A stretch of DNA of 64,000 bases, taken from assembly GCF_009914755.1 (NCBI RefSeq), contig NC_060947.1, one strand, 5' to 3'. Positions within the stretch are counted from its first letter, which is position 1, and each line of letters starts with the position of its first letter. Made by a program: the position numbers and the translations under genes. Below are positions 36,261 through 49,712 of this stretch, in pieces. The stretch is from the human T2T-CHM13v2.0 reference genome, Homo sapiens. Under the pieces are notes generated by a model. That model saw only the letters and a list, made by a program, of their open reading frames with translations, searched no databases and was not told the origin of the DNA.

Positions 36261-37267
36261 TTTCAGAGTTCCAGGCCTCTGTCTGCCTCCAGGACCCAGG
36301 AGAGCAGGTCTTGCTTCCTCAGGGAAGCACCCCAGGCAGCAGCTATGGCAGCTTCATAGCTCAGCCCAGCCCAGCCTGACCAAGAGGGACTGCATTTGTT
36401 CCAAATTACAGATGGTTTGTTTGAAACACAAATCATTTGTAATCAGAGGGGCAAGGTAGAAATAGATGCTTCTCTTTCTCTAAATGAAGCCCTCAGTCAG
36501 GCTTGCCCAAAGGGTATTCTTTTTCTTTTACTTGGCCCTGAGGAGGGCATGGTTATAGTGTGCTCTCAATGAGGTCTAAATAAAAGCAAACAAGGGCTAA
36601 TTCAAAACTGGCTGTCTTGCCACCCACACCCCCCAGTTCCTGCCTCTCTGCCTTCTGTTCTGCCATTCCGGCCTTGGATTGGTGATGGCGCAGTGATTCC
36701 CCAGGGGGAATCTTAAGGGGTGCCGTGAAAATCTCCTCTAATTCTCTAAACAAAATGAATTTGAACCTGATTTTAACTGAAAAACTAATGGAAACCATGT
36801 ATCAGCCTTGACTGAGAAGGTCTTGGGGAGGGGTGCTCAGAAAGTCCTCAGAGAACCAGGAATCCTGGGACTGTGCACACAGGTGGCATGGAGAATTAGG
36901 GCAAATTTCTGGATTATGAACTCCCAAACTACCTTGGCCTCAGCTGGGCTGGAGACCGTAGTCACCAAGTCCCCCTCTACAGGGATTACTTCCCCAACTT
37001 CTGTCTCTGCCTCTGCCCCCAACACCAGATCTTGAGGTCACTCTCACGGATGTCATCAGGGGGAGAGCCTTCTTTCTGTGAGTGAGTAGAAGGTAAGGGA
37101 GACCCAGAATCCAGTTGCATTTAGCTCAGCACTGTCCCCCCAACCCCCCACCTCAGAATTCCCATCTCTGTATTGTTCCAGTTTGGGGTTGCCTACAGGA
37201 GAAATTCACACAAGATCTGGAAGGCGGAAACACAGCAGCAGCCATTGCTCTGCTGGTTGACTTAGAG

Positions 37268-37492
37268 CAAGCTTCTCCAACCCGTGGCCTGTGGGCCACA
37301 TGCAGCCCAGGACAGCTTTGAATGTGGCCCAACACAAATTTGTAAACTTTCTTAAAACATTATGAGATTCTTTTGAGATTTTTTTTTTTTTTAGCTCATT
37401 AGCTATCATTAGTGTTAGTGTATTTTATGTGTGGCCCAAGACAATTCTTCTTCCAATGTGGTCCAGGGAAGCCAAAAGATTGGGCACCCCTG
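37268..37492 (-). mobile_element. MER30 (hAT-Charlie MITE)
   Basis: caagcttctccaacccgtggcc...ggaagccaaaagattgggcacccctg. Confidence 0.9.
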
Positions 37493-37797
37493 AAGAGGTA
37501 CTGTGGAAGCTCGCCGGCTGGCTTCTCTGTCTGTCATGGGGCAGTGGTCAGTCCTATGTCTTTCTAGCTCTCCCACATCTTCTTAGGCTTCTGCAAGTCC
37601 CTGGCCCCGAGCATGTGCAGCTCGGTGGTAGAGGATGCCAGCTTCTGCAGGTCCCCCACACAATCCAGGCTGGAGGCGTTGAGAGACAGGTGTGGGTTCC
37701 TGTTTGTCCTCATTCTCTCCCATTTCCTGTCCAGCTTTTCCTTCTGACTGCTAGCTTTGCTCTCCTTTAGCCACTTCAGTCCCACCACTAGATGTAG

Positions 37798-38168
<371 letters not shown>

Positions 38169-38887
38169 TAAATTTCTTATTCTATATCACTCACAGTGGC
38201 TCTGCTTCTCTGATCACACTCTAACAGATACAGTGTCCAGTAAATGCCATTTAATCAGTATGACTACAGTAGGGGTTTTACAGACTGGGACGAATCTTTG
38301 TCATCTGTGTATGTACCAAGGGGCTGGCAGAGAATCTTTGAGTTGCTTCGATGGTGCTTGCTGAATGGAAGGGAACTGATTCAAGGCTCTGGACAATCAG
38401 TCAGTAATTGCTGTGACCCATTGTGAGCTAAGTCCTGGATACGCAAATGTAATTGGATGCAATTAATACTCTGCAATCCATTTGGATGTAGAACACTCAG
38501 AAATAAACAACAACTGATGGCCAATGATAATAAGAATATTTAGTACTTATTGAGTACATTGTATGTGTTACTCCATTTAATCCTCACACTAGCTTCTGAG
38601 GTAGGTGGGAAATGTGATCCTTGGGGAAATTAAATAGCTTGCCCAAGTTCACAAAGAATGGAACTGCAATGGAAAGGATTATGCTCCAGGGCCTGCATAG
38701 GGCTGTAACTGCTGTGCCTGGCAGGGGCTTTCCTAGTAAGGGTGCCCTTGAAGGCACTGAGAGCACTGAAGAGTCATGGGCAAACTCTACCCCACTGTTG
38801 CCAAGTATTGTCAGAGCTCAGAGGCGGGAGGATAGAGCAGTGAGCAGGGGCCAAAGGCCAAGGGAAGCTTCCTGGTGGGATCATGGG

Positions 38888-38959
38888 GCCTGAGCTCAGC
38901 CTTGAAAACTAAAGAAGACTGAGCCTGAGCTTAGCCTTGAAAACTAAAGAGACTGAGCC
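38888..38959. repeat. 35-bp tandem duplication
   Basis: gcctgagctcagccttgaaaactaaagaagactga / gcctgagcttagccttgaaaactaaagagactga. Confidence 0.95.
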
Positions 38960-38964
38960 AATTC

Positions 38965-39280
38965 TCCAGGCTAGAAACCTGGGCCTTATCCTTGATGACC
39001 CCTCTTTTATCCTCTCTGCCCCATCTGTCATCTAGTTCTCTAGATGCTTCATTGGAAATGTCTTCAACCATCCCCCTTTCTAGCTTCCACTACTCCTGGA
39101 CCTGTGGGACCTCAGACCTTCCTCATCTCTGGCCTGGTCCTTTGGTCTAGCCTCTTCCTCCCTGGCCTCCTAGCTTCCAGTCATACCTGTTCAAATTCAC
39201 ACTGGCTTCCAAAGCTATCTTTTTCAAACTCAGCTCTGATCATGCCATACCCGCACTTCTATCAGGGTCCCACAGGATAA
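38965..39280 (+). mobile_element. L2 fragment
   Basis: ccaggctagaaacctggg...atccttga; cagaccttcctcatctctggcctgg. Confidence 0.7.
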
Positions 39281-39290
39281 AATAATGACA

Positions 39291-39371
39291 TTAAGATTGA
39301 ACGATAATGAAGTTACTGATATTCAACCATTTTTGACCTACAAAAGTGGCAATTTCCTACAGTTTTTCTAA
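39291..39371 (-). mobile_element. MADE2 (mariner-derived ~80-bp MITE)
   Basis: gatattcaaccatttttgacctacaaaagtggcaatttc with degenerate terminal inverted repeats. Confidence 0.75.
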
Positions 39372-39539
39372 TATTAGTAGTAGTAATAATAATCAGTTTA
39401 TCAAGCCCTTATACTGTGTTAAGGCTGGACACATTGCCACCAAACACACTCCCCACAATTTTCCCACTCTTTTACCCCTGTTGTCTGCCTGCCTCTTTTG
39501 AGCTTTTTTCTGCCTTACTTGGTCTGGTTCAGTGTGTTT

Positions 39540-39833
39540 TCCTCTGTACCTTGGTCTCACTCCCTTTACTGCCTACTCTGTCTGTCTCTCTTCTGTTTAT
39601 TTCTCTTTGTCACTTTGTCTCTCTCTCTCTCTCTGATTCTCTTTCTATCTCTGACTCTCTTTCTAGCTATCTGGCTTATAATGTCTGTTTTATTATTTTT
39701 CTCCTCCCCTTCACTGTCATTCTCACCTTCTCTGTGTGTATATTTTCCCCTTCCTCTGTCTCTATCTGTGTTCATTTACCCCACTCTTTCTCATCATGAG
39801 TGAGTGTGTGTGTGTGTGTGTGTGTATGTGTGT
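39540..39833. repeat. CT-rich low-complexity tract followed by (GT)n
   Basis: Pyrimidine-rich 39540-39795; GT run 39804-39833. Confidence 0.85.
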
Positions 39834-40469
39834 CTAGACATGTTTCTTGACCTCCCAGGACTCTGGTGTCTATGAGGCCCAGCTGAGATTGAGGTCCAGA
39901 GCTCCCCTTCTATGGAGCTGGAAAGACAGAACAGCCAGAAGCAAGCAGCTGGCTTGGGGGCTGTGTTTGTCCTTGAGTTCATGGCACCCCCACAAAGGCA
40001 GCTTCAGGAACTTGTGGCCTGCCCTAGGGCTGCAGCCTCATCCTGCCTGCAGCCAACAAGGCAATAGGTACACATGGCAATGGCCCAGATGCAAAACCCA
40101 GCTGTGCAAATTAGCCTAAGGCCTGCAAGAAATTAGACTGGATCTAAAAGAGATCAGGCTGTGGAAGAAGAAAAATGTTAGTTAAAAGAGAAAATTCCTG
40201 CTCCCACCTCTAGGTCATAGATCACAGAAGAGAATCCTCGAATCAGGAGGGACCTCAAGGGGCCATCTGGCTTGGCTGCATCTTAGAACAGGTCAGGCCC
40301 CAACCAGTCAAGAGAATGGCTGTCTTTCCATCTTTCAACAACACAGACCAGAGATTTTTCAGTGTCTACCAACAGTACTTTGTTCTTGGAATGAACCCCT
40401 GCATTGTGAAAACATTTGACAGAGAGCCCAGACCACTAGAGTCACTCATATTGGGACCCAGATATGTAC

Positions 40470-41345
40470 TCTAACCTCAAATCTGTCTCCCACCCCACAT
40501 TCTTTCACATCTCAGCACCCACCACCACCATTCACCAAAATCATCAAACCAAAGCCTGGGAATCTACCTTTCTTTCTTTTACCAGCCTGTCCAATCTATC
40601 AACAATCTTGGCAGCTCCAACTCCTAACTGCATTCCCAATCTGACTCCTCACATCACAACCAAACTTACTGCCATGGTTCAAGCCACCATCATGTCCACC
40701 TAGAAGCCTATGCACCTCCTTCCAGGTCTCCTAGACTCCATTATTGCCTTCTCCACTCCATTCTCCCCAGCATATGGGAAGATTTTTTTTAAAAGCTAAA
40801 TCATCAGATCATGTCATTCCTCTGCTCAAAACTCTCCTCTGGGTTCTCATCACACCAAACCCCAAGTCTTCACTGTGACACATGAAACCCTGCATCATCT
40901 AACTGCATCTCCCTCTCCTCCTCTCCCACTCCACTCTGGCTACAATGCCCCCTTGCTGCTCCTTGAATATACCAAACTCATTCCCTCCTTAGGGACTGTG
41001 CCTTAACTCTCTGTTCTTTTTATTATGTTCTTCCCCCAGATCTTCATGTGTGTGTTCCTTCACTTCATTTCAAGCCCCACTCAAAGGTCACCTCCTCCAA
41101 GAGGCCCATTCTGACCGTCCTGGCTAAAATAGCCCTTGCCTCACATCCCCTCACAAAGTCTCCACCCCACAGCTCTCTATCTATTTTATAACCTTCCTTT
41201 ATTTTTCTTCAAGGCATTTTGAACTGCGTGGCATTATATTCTATATTTATTTGATGATTGGCTGCCTCCATCACTGTTTCCCCAGTGCCTAGAATTGTGT
41301 CTAGCACTTGGTAGATAGCGAGTGGTGGTTGAATGGATGAATGAA
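40470..41345 (+). mobile_element. L2a 3' portion
   Basis: caagccaccatcatgtccacctag, cagatcatgtcattcctctgctcaaaact, end gaatggatgaatgaa. Confidence 0.88.
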
Positions 41346-41349
41346 ACCC

Positions 41350-41520
41350 TTTTGCTTATAGACTATGTGACTTTGGTCAAGTTACTTAACTCTTCTGACT
41401 TTTAGTTTATTCATCTCTAAGATAGAAATAATGACACCTACCTTGTGAGCTGTTGTGCGGAGTAAACGAGATAATGGATGTAATGAATAGAGAGTCTGGC
41501 ACTAGAAATTACTAATTATT
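41350..41520 (+). mobile_element. MIR
   Basis: tgtgactttggtcaagttacttaactcttctg. Confidence 0.8.
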
Positions 41521-41717
41521 AAAATAGCCAGTGTAGTTTCCACTGAATTCTTCAGGTTCTGTCCTCAGTGGAAGCAGAGAGCAGCTACTCACCCCTTTCC
41601 AGGTTGAATAAGCCCAATCCTATTCATTTTTGTGATGTTAGACATGGCAGTACAGGATGCAGGAGCCCCAAGCTGACAGCTTCTCAGAATCCACCTAGGG
41701 CAGGAATGAGCCACAGA

Positions 41718-41899
41718 GACTTTAAGTCAACTCCCTTAAATATGCTAATAGAGCTAAAGAAAACCATGGATAAGGAGCTAAAGGAAATTTGGGAAACAAT
41801 CTATGAATAAAATAAAAATATCAATAAAATGGCAGAAATTATAAAAAGCAGCTAACTAGAAATTCTGGGACTGAAAATTATAAAAACTAAAGTTTTTTC
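41718..41899 (+). mobile_element. Isolated internal L1M ORF1 fragment
   Basis: Encodes DFKSTPLNMLIELKKTMDKELKEIWETIYE; homologous to 42980-43155; flanked by tgagccacaga repeats. Confidence 0.8.
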
Positions 41900-42014
41900 T
41901 GAGCCACAGATGTCCTGTTTCCTCTACTGAGGGACTATAGGCCAGGTGGCCAGGGTCTGTGATTTTGAGGTGCAAATCCCATGAGGTTCCAAGAAAAGGA
42001 ATTTTATTACCATT

Positions 42015-42220
42015 GAGAGCACAGGATTTAGAGTTAGACAGACCTGGGGTCCAATCCCAGCTCTACTGTGTAACCTTGGGCAGTGGCTTACTCTCCCTGG
42101 CCTTAGTAATGGCAATCTTAGTAGTCTGTCAGGAGGAAGAAATGAGACAGCTCATGCAAAGCACTTAGGCCTGTATCTGGCATGTGGTCAGCACTCCCTA
42201 AGTGGCAGCTATTATTACAA
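42015..42220 (+). mobile_element. MIR
   Basis: gagttagacagacctggggtccaatcccagctctac. Confidence 0.8.
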
Positions 42221-43983
42221 GTATTATCGTGATCTCATCCATCCCTGTCTCTAGGCAGCTCTACACTCCAACCATATCTCAGAGGTCTGGCTCAAACTCT
42301 TTAAAACATCCCACCCTCCTGCCAGGAAAACCACCCCAGCTTCAAACTGGCTATAGCACATGGAGATTTTGCCCTGCATGGAGAAAAATGGCACCAGCTC
42401 TCCCTATGGCCATGGAGATCGAAGCTGGAGACATGGCCTCTGCTGTTTGGTGCCTATGGGCAAGAAGAAAAAACCCAAGTGACATCAGCAAAATGGCAGA
42501 CCAGGCAGCTCCAAATGCCCATCCTTCCACAGAAACATATAAAAACTTGCAGAAAATGTCAGTATCAACTTTGTCAGAACTCCGAAAAACAGGCAAATGC
42601 TTATAGCAACCACAGAAACATTGAATTTTAAAAAGTCCACTTCAAAATGCTCCTGACATTCAAGAAAATCTCTGTCAAAACACTAGCTGAACATAAGATA
42701 AAGGAACAAAGATTTCAGTGACCACACAAGGCAAAAAAAAAAAAAAAAAAAAACCCACAGTCTTTGCAAAAATAGTTTGGAAAAGTCACTAAACAAATGG
42801 ATGACTACAACCTTCAACAACCAAGAACAGCAAACCCCAGGGAAGGGGAAGAAAATGATTTCCAGAGTTACAACATTATAATATTCGAATGTCTAGCTTT
42901 CAACAAAAATCACAAAGCATACAAAGCTTATTCAAAGGGAAAAAAATAAGAACGCTCAGATGTTGGACTTACTATTGAAGGCTTTAATCAACTCTCTTAA
43001 ATATGCTCAAAGACCTAAAGGAAACCATGGACAAAGAACAAAAGGAAATCAGGAAAATGATGTATGAACAAAATAAGGCTATCAATAAGGAGATAGAAAT
43101 TATAAAAAGGAGCCAAGTAGAAATTCAACACCTGAAAAGTACAATAACTTAAATATAAAAATCATTAAGAAGTACCAACAACAGATTTAAGCAGGTAGAA
43201 ATAAGGATTAGTGAACTTTAAGACAGAACAGTTGAAGTTATCCAGTGTGAGGACCAGAAAGAAAAAAAATAAATAAAGAAGGGAGAAAAGTGAACAGAGC
43301 CTAAGAGACCTATAGAGCACCATCAAGCAGACCAACATACACATTATGCAAGTCTCAGAAGGAGAAGACAGAAAAAGAGAAAGAAATAATATTGAAAGAA
43401 ATAATTGCTGGAAAGGTCCCCAAACTTGATGAAAAACCCAAGTCTATAATCCAAGAAGCTCAACTAACTCCAAACTGTTCAAAGGCAAAGAGAGAATCTT
43501 GAAAGCAGCAAGAGAGAAGCAACTTATAAAGTAGAAGTTTTCCTCAGTAAGATTATCAGCTGATTTCTCACCAGAAGCCATGCAGATTAGAAGGCAACAG
43601 GGTGGCATATTTAAAGAGAATACTATGAACAACTGTACGCCAACAAATTAGATAAGCTCAATGAAATGAACATATTTCTAGAAACACACAAATTATCAAA
43701 ACTCACTGAAGAAGAAAGAAAATCTTAACAGACCTAAAACCAAAAAAGAATCAGAAATTAAAAGAAAAAAAACAACTCCCAATAAAGTACAGGAACAGAT
43801 TGTTTCTTTACTGGTAAATCCTACCAAACATTTAAAGAAAATTTAACATCAACTCTTCTAAGACTTTTCCAGAAAATTGAAGAGGAAGGAATGCAACCCA
43901 ACTCATTCTTTGAGTATCACTATCTGATACTAAAGCCATATAAAGACATCACATTAAAAGAAAATTGAAGGTTAGTATTTTTA

Positions 43984-43986
<3 letters not shown>

Positions 43987-44016
<30 letters not shown>
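43987..44016. repeat. (AT)15 microsatellite
   Basis: Direct observation. Confidence 0.95.
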
Positions 44017-44021
<5 letters not shown>

Positions 44022-44792
44022 AAAATACAAAATACTAGCAAATCAAATCCAAGAATATATCACAAGAATTATAGACATAATCAAGAGGGATTTATCAGAG
44101 GAATGCAAGGTTGGTTCAACATAAGAAAATCAATGTAACACACCACATTAATAGAATGAAGTATAAAAATAGTCTCAATTGATGCAGAAAAGGCATTTGA
44201 CAAAACTGAATATTCTTTCCTGATAAAAACAGTCAGAAAACTAGGAAGAGGAGGGAAATGCCTCGACATGATAAAAGTCGTATATGAAAAAGCCACAACT
44301 AACATCAGACTCAATGGTGAAATACTGAAAGCTTTCCCCCTAAGATCAGGAGCAAGACCAGGATACCTGCTTTCTCCACTGCTGTTCTACATTGTAACAG
44401 AAATTTTAGTCAGAGCAATTAGGCAAGAAGAAAATAAAATGCATTGAAGTTGGAAAGAAAGAAGTAAAAATATCTTTATTCATAGGTGACATGAGCCTAT
44501 ATATAGAGAATGCCAAATAATCCACAAAAAAACTACTAAAGCCAGTAAACAAATTCGGCAAACAAAGTGTACAAGTTCAACATGCAAAAATCAGTCGTAT
44601 TTCTATAAACTAGCAATGAACAACGTGAAAAGGACAAAATACCTAGAAATAAATTTAACCAAGAAGGTGAAATACTTGTACACTGAAAATTACAAAACAT
44701 TACTGAAAGACGTTAAAGAAGACCTAAATAAATGGGAAAACATCTTATGTTCATGAATTGGAAGACAATATTGTTGAGATGTCAACACTATC

Positions 44793-45210
44793 TGTTTTAG
44801 TTTTTTCAGGCTGCTACAACAAAATACCACAGACTGGGTAATTTTTAAACAACAGAAATTTATTTCTTACAGTTCTTCTGGAGTCTGGGAAGTCCAAGAT
44901 CAAGACATTAGTTGGTTTGAGGGCTGCTCTCTGCTTCCAAGATGGCACCTTGTTGCTGCATCCTCCAGAGGGGAAGGACACTATGTCTTCACATGATATT
45001 AGGAACAGAAGGGTGAGCTCACCCCCTCAAGCCTTTTTAAAGGTTTGAGGCACTAATTCTTATAAGTGCCTAAGACACTAATCTCATCCATGAGGGTGGA
45101 TCCTTCATGGCCTAATCATCTCCTAAATGCCCTACCTCTTAATATTGTTGCATTGGGGATTAAGTTTCAGCATAGAATTTGAAGTGGACACAAACATTCA
45201 AACCATAGAA
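44793..45210 (-). mobile_element. MSTC-like MaLR solo LTR
   Basis: gagggctgctctctgcttccaagatggc; TSD ctatc (44788-44792) / ctacc (45211-45215). Confidence 0.88.
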
Positions 45211-45869
45211 CTACCCAAAGCAATCTACAGATTCAATGTGATCTTTATCAAATTCCAGTGGCTTTTTTGCACAAAATGGAAAAGCTTATTTTCAAATTCA
45301 CAGGAATTGCAATGGACCCTGAATAGCCAAAAAAAGATTCTTGAAAAAGAATAAAGTTGGAGGATTAATGCTTTCCAATGTCAAACTTACTACAAAGCTA
45401 TAATAATCTTTAGACTGGGGAGGCTGCAGCTCAGGCTGAACAAGGACTCTAAGCTCTCAATTCCCACATCCCACCCAGGATGATTCTCTTCCTCACAGGG
45501 GCCTGCCAGTGCCTCTTAATTTTCTTTATTCTCCTCTGAGCTGACCCAGCAGCAGCCTGGCCTCCAGCTGGGGATATCTACTGCTACACTTTCATGAGGA
45601 AAGAATGCGATGGCTACAAAGAGACTCAGAGAAGCAGGCTAGAGTAAGGGCTTGGCCAGGTGTTGGAGAAGGACAGGGGTCCCTACTCTGTAAGTCCTCC
45701 CACTCCTGTACCCCAAAGACTACAGTCATAGACTAAGAGAATGCCACAGCCAGAAGAGCCCTTAGAAACCAGAGTCCACCCAATCCCACTTTATAGATGA
45801 GAGATTGATGCCCGGAGATGGGAAAGGAGTGACCCAAAATTACACAACAGTTGAACTAAGTGAATCATA

Positions 45870-46190
45870 ATACTACTGGGCTGGAAAACACTTTTAAATG
45901 TACCCTAGCCTTCCCATCAAACCCCTAATCTAATGAAGATTTGCTCTTAACAGCATCTCCAATGACAAGTGATTGTCAGGCTATGACTTAAACACCTTCA
46001 AAAACGGGGTGCTCACTCCCTTCCAAGGCAGATTTATATTTCTGGCTTTCTAAGCATAAGCAGGCTGGTTGAGAAGGAGTAGCCCCATCCTATCCAGCAA
46101 ATCCTGAATGAACATAAGGCCCATCTCATGGTATCCCTACAGGGAGAAGTCTTGCCTCCCACCAGCCCTCACTCTTCTCTTCTCTCTCTG
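45870..46190 (-). mobile_element. L3/CR1 fragment
   Basis: cttaaacaccttcaaaaacggggtgctcactcccttccaaggcag. Confidence 0.6.
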
Positions 46191-47689
46191 TCTTCTATGC
46201 AGCTCTTCATTTTGCCTGTGGCTGGGGTTTTGTTACAGTAAAGAAGCAAAGGGTTTGCTTTTCTAGGAACTGGCTCTATATACCTTCTGAGAATCACTAA
46301 CCTCTAAATGCAGCCGAATGATTTTCCTCCCAAATCCCTCTTTGGGCAGAAACCAGAAGTCGAAAACTTTCAGGGTCCTTTGGAGTATCTGAAGGGCCTG
46401 CATCCAGGGTGGCCTGAAGTCAGCCTGAACTCACAGCCCCACATCCTGGCTGGTGGAAATGGGTGTTCCAGAGCCCCTGGAGCTCTGGAAATTGTCAGCA
46501 CCTCCAGAGCTCACCTTTGCTTGGGGAAGGGCCCCTCTCTACTCTCTTCTTGCCCCCTCTCTGGCAACCTAATGCCCCACTTTCCCTGCTCCCCTACTTC
46601 TCCCCTACCAATACTTCAATAACAAGGCCCATTGGCTATTGTAGTCTAAACCCTGCCACCATTTTACAGGTGGGAAAATTGAGCTGCTGCAGATGCATGC
46701 ATTTCAAGCTTCCCAGGAACCTGCAGGAATGCCACATCCTCGCTCCCATCCTCTCCCAAGTTCTTGGCCCAATCTACTTGCACACTCTGGGCAGACCTGA
46801 CTCTGACATGCCAGGGTTAGAAAAGGCCTGGGGGAAGCCGAAAGCTTTTGACCTAAGGAAGACCCTGCTGATGGCGGACCTAGTGATTATCATGATCATT
46901 ATCATGCCCAGGCATATTTGTTACCTACGCATGTTTTCCCCATAGCTGCATGTGCCCACTTCCACCCACCTGCCTGACTACCATGAGGATGACACTGGTG
47001 CCAGGGGGCACACTGGGATTCACTCCAGCTCAGCCCAGCCTGCCAAGGCCACCATTGCTTCTGGAGCACCCTACTGATGTCAAGTCTGCTTCTGTGGCTG
47101 CTGGGGATTTGGAGAGGGACAGCTGGCCTTTGCCCTCAGCCTGCTCTTCTTGCCCTGTTCTGCTCTCTCTCCTCTATATTCCTTCTTTGCTCATGGAACT
47201 TGGTTATAAATCCTAAACACCCAAACACCCATAAATTCTCAATTCATTCTGCAGATATTTCCTGTGTTGGGGTTTTCAGCAGCATCTGCTGGTTTGAAGT
47301 TCCCTCTTTATTTGTCCTGGGGGCACCATTACTCTCAACTTTAGCAGTTTTCCTGCTCTGTAGTTCTTGCCAGACTCCATCGGAGGAAGAGAAAATTGGT
47401 GAAAGAATAATTATTATTATTGTTATAAATATATATTTCATTTTGGTTTCTTTTTTTATCCCTCTAGGCTCTGATGAGTATCCCAGGCAGGGGCTGGCAA
47501 GAGGATGGCTTCTTTATGGACCTCAGGGCAGTGGGCTTGTCCTGTTGGATCCTGGCACTTTGCCTTCCAGGTAAAGACATCTGCCAAAAGGCCATTCCTT
47601 GCTATTCTGCCCAACGGTACCCAGTTCTCCAGCAACTTTCTTCCCACCAAATATCCTGGCTCAAGTTCCCAAGTCTCCAGGAAACTTCC

Positions 47690-48730
47690 TTAAGCAAGTA
47701 GTAAAGCACCTACTGCATATGAGGCACTATCCAATACTTGGGCTTGATTATTTCTCACCATATCTTTATAAGGCAGGGCTACTTAGTTACATTGTGCAGA
47801 GGAGGAGACCGAGGTTCAGAGAGGAGAAGTTATTGGTCCAAGGTGATCCAACTAGCAATTGAAAGAGCTGGGATTTCAATTCAGATCTGTCTGGCCCCAA
47901 AGCTGATACTCATTCCACTTGACTATACACTCTCCTCCGAATTCCTGAAGAACTTCTTTTATGAGCTGCAGTATCTCACACCTGGAACGAAGTTGCTTTG
48001 GCTTGCTCTACTTGTTTCTGGAGTCCACCTGACTACAGTATGTAGATTCTCAGAATTTTAGAAACTTATGGATCCATTCGTTTAAGGACTTAATACTATA
48101 GAAGGGAAAACTGAGGCCCAGAGAGGGCATGTAGGTGGCACATAATACATTCATTGTTTTCTTCATGAGATGTAAGCCCCTTGAAGACAGGAACCATGCC
48201 TCCCCCTACATTTCTTATACATATCCCCAACACACACAGACACACAGATGCACACCCCACTTGATGCAGTATTTAGCACAAATAAAAACTATGACTTGTT
48301 AAGTGACAGGGACTGCTGGGTGCCAGTTATCTTACTTGACTTTCACAGCAACCCTATGTGGTTCAATTTCTAGATAAGATTGAGGATCAGAGAGGGAAAG
48401 TGGTGTGTCCAAGGTCACACAGTAAGGTATTGGCTGAGGCAGGATTCGAATTTCAGGTCTGACAGACCCTTTCTGTCATTCTGCATGATCACTTTAACAA
48501 CAGCATAACAACAGCTAATGTTTATTGAATGAGTACTATACGTGAAGGACTAGCTAAGTGAGTAATCTAATACAAGTAATTAATTCAATCTTTACAATAA
48601 CCCTATGAAATTTCCTCACTCTACAGATGATAAAACGGTTGCTTAGGAAAGCTGAGAAACTTGCCCAAAGCCAAAAAAACTAGTGAGTGGCTGAGCCAGG
48701 TTGATTTGATCCAAGGTTGATCTTACCCAC
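47690..48730 (-). mobile_element. Cluster of MIR fragments (with an L2 3' fragment ~48150-48290)
   Basis: Repeated cores gaggagaccgaggttcagagagg, gaaaactgaggcccagagaggg, tccaaggtcacacag, acttgcccaaagcc. Confidence 0.75.
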
Positions 48731-48734
48731 ACTA

Positions 48735-49534
48735 TAAAAGGTCCTCTTTATCTGCAGATAATTGATATTGGAGGGAAAATTCCACTGAAAGAGAATCGTT
48801 TAAATTGTCATAGTAAAAAAAGAATAGGTTTACTTAGATTTCTCATTAAAAAATGAAACCAAAAAGTATGATAAGCAATTTCTCTTATATTTTAAAAAAT
48901 AGGGCTGAAATTATAGTTCTGTTCTAGTTCTTAGGGCAGGCAAAAACAACGACTCAAACATTAGTTGCTTTGTGGTGTGATTTTTCTGACAAAACTGTAG
49001 GACATCATGGCATAACATCTTTTACTTTGCTTTTCATAGCATGATCATAAAGAAGGTCATTTTATTAAAAGTATTCAAGGACTTTGGTTTTCCTAAGGAT
49101 ATCTCTCAATAATTTGTGAGTCAACTCATTTTTGAAGCTTTTATTTTGTTCTCATCCTTGTTGACTTGCTCGTCAACTTTTAACTGATCTAATTCTGCCA
49201 GCCTTCTCTTGTGTCAATGGCTTTGCTGAGATGCTGGAAGTTTTCCAATATCACTTTTGTTGATTTCATGAACTCCTGAATCTTTTCTAATATTTGCAGT
49301 TTTACTTTGCAAACTCATTGGCATTGTATTTTCTCTTTACGTTCTGGTGTTTATAATACTCAACAATCAGAAAAGACTGGTCGAGATTCTAATGTTAATC
49401 TGGGAGGGATGCCAGAGTAATTCTATAATTGGCCAGTTTGCTAGTGAATACCTTAATGGTCTCTTGCTTTCCTACCTAATCTTATGACTGCAGTGACTTA
49501 GAAAATGAATACTTGGATAATAAGAACATCTTTG
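48735..49534 (-). mobile_element. Ancient Tigger (Tigger13a-like) DNA transposon
   Basis: Minus-strand remnant HEINKSDIGKL...KPLTQE..LAELDQ (~49183-49275) resembles the Tigger transposase C-terminus; degenerate inverted termini. Confidence 0.6.
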
Positions 49535-49712
49535 CACTACTTCAGTAAGTACCTAGCAATTAACATATATTTAGTAGTCAATAAATATAGTAAAATAGGG
49601 AAGCACTGGATTTACCTCTCAGTTGTGTCATTTACTAGGTGTTACTTTGGGCAAGTTACTTTGTTACTTCATCTCAGTGAGCTTTGGTATCCTTTTCTGT
49701 AGAATGGGAACA

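Larger units (their letters stand above)
42479..45408 (+). mobile_element. Old L1M with 5' end, ORF1 and part of ORF2, internally deleted and 3'-truncated
   Basis: gtgacatcagcaaaatggcag 5' end; ORF1 text; gatgcagaaaaggcatttgacaaa RT region. Confidence 0.88.
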
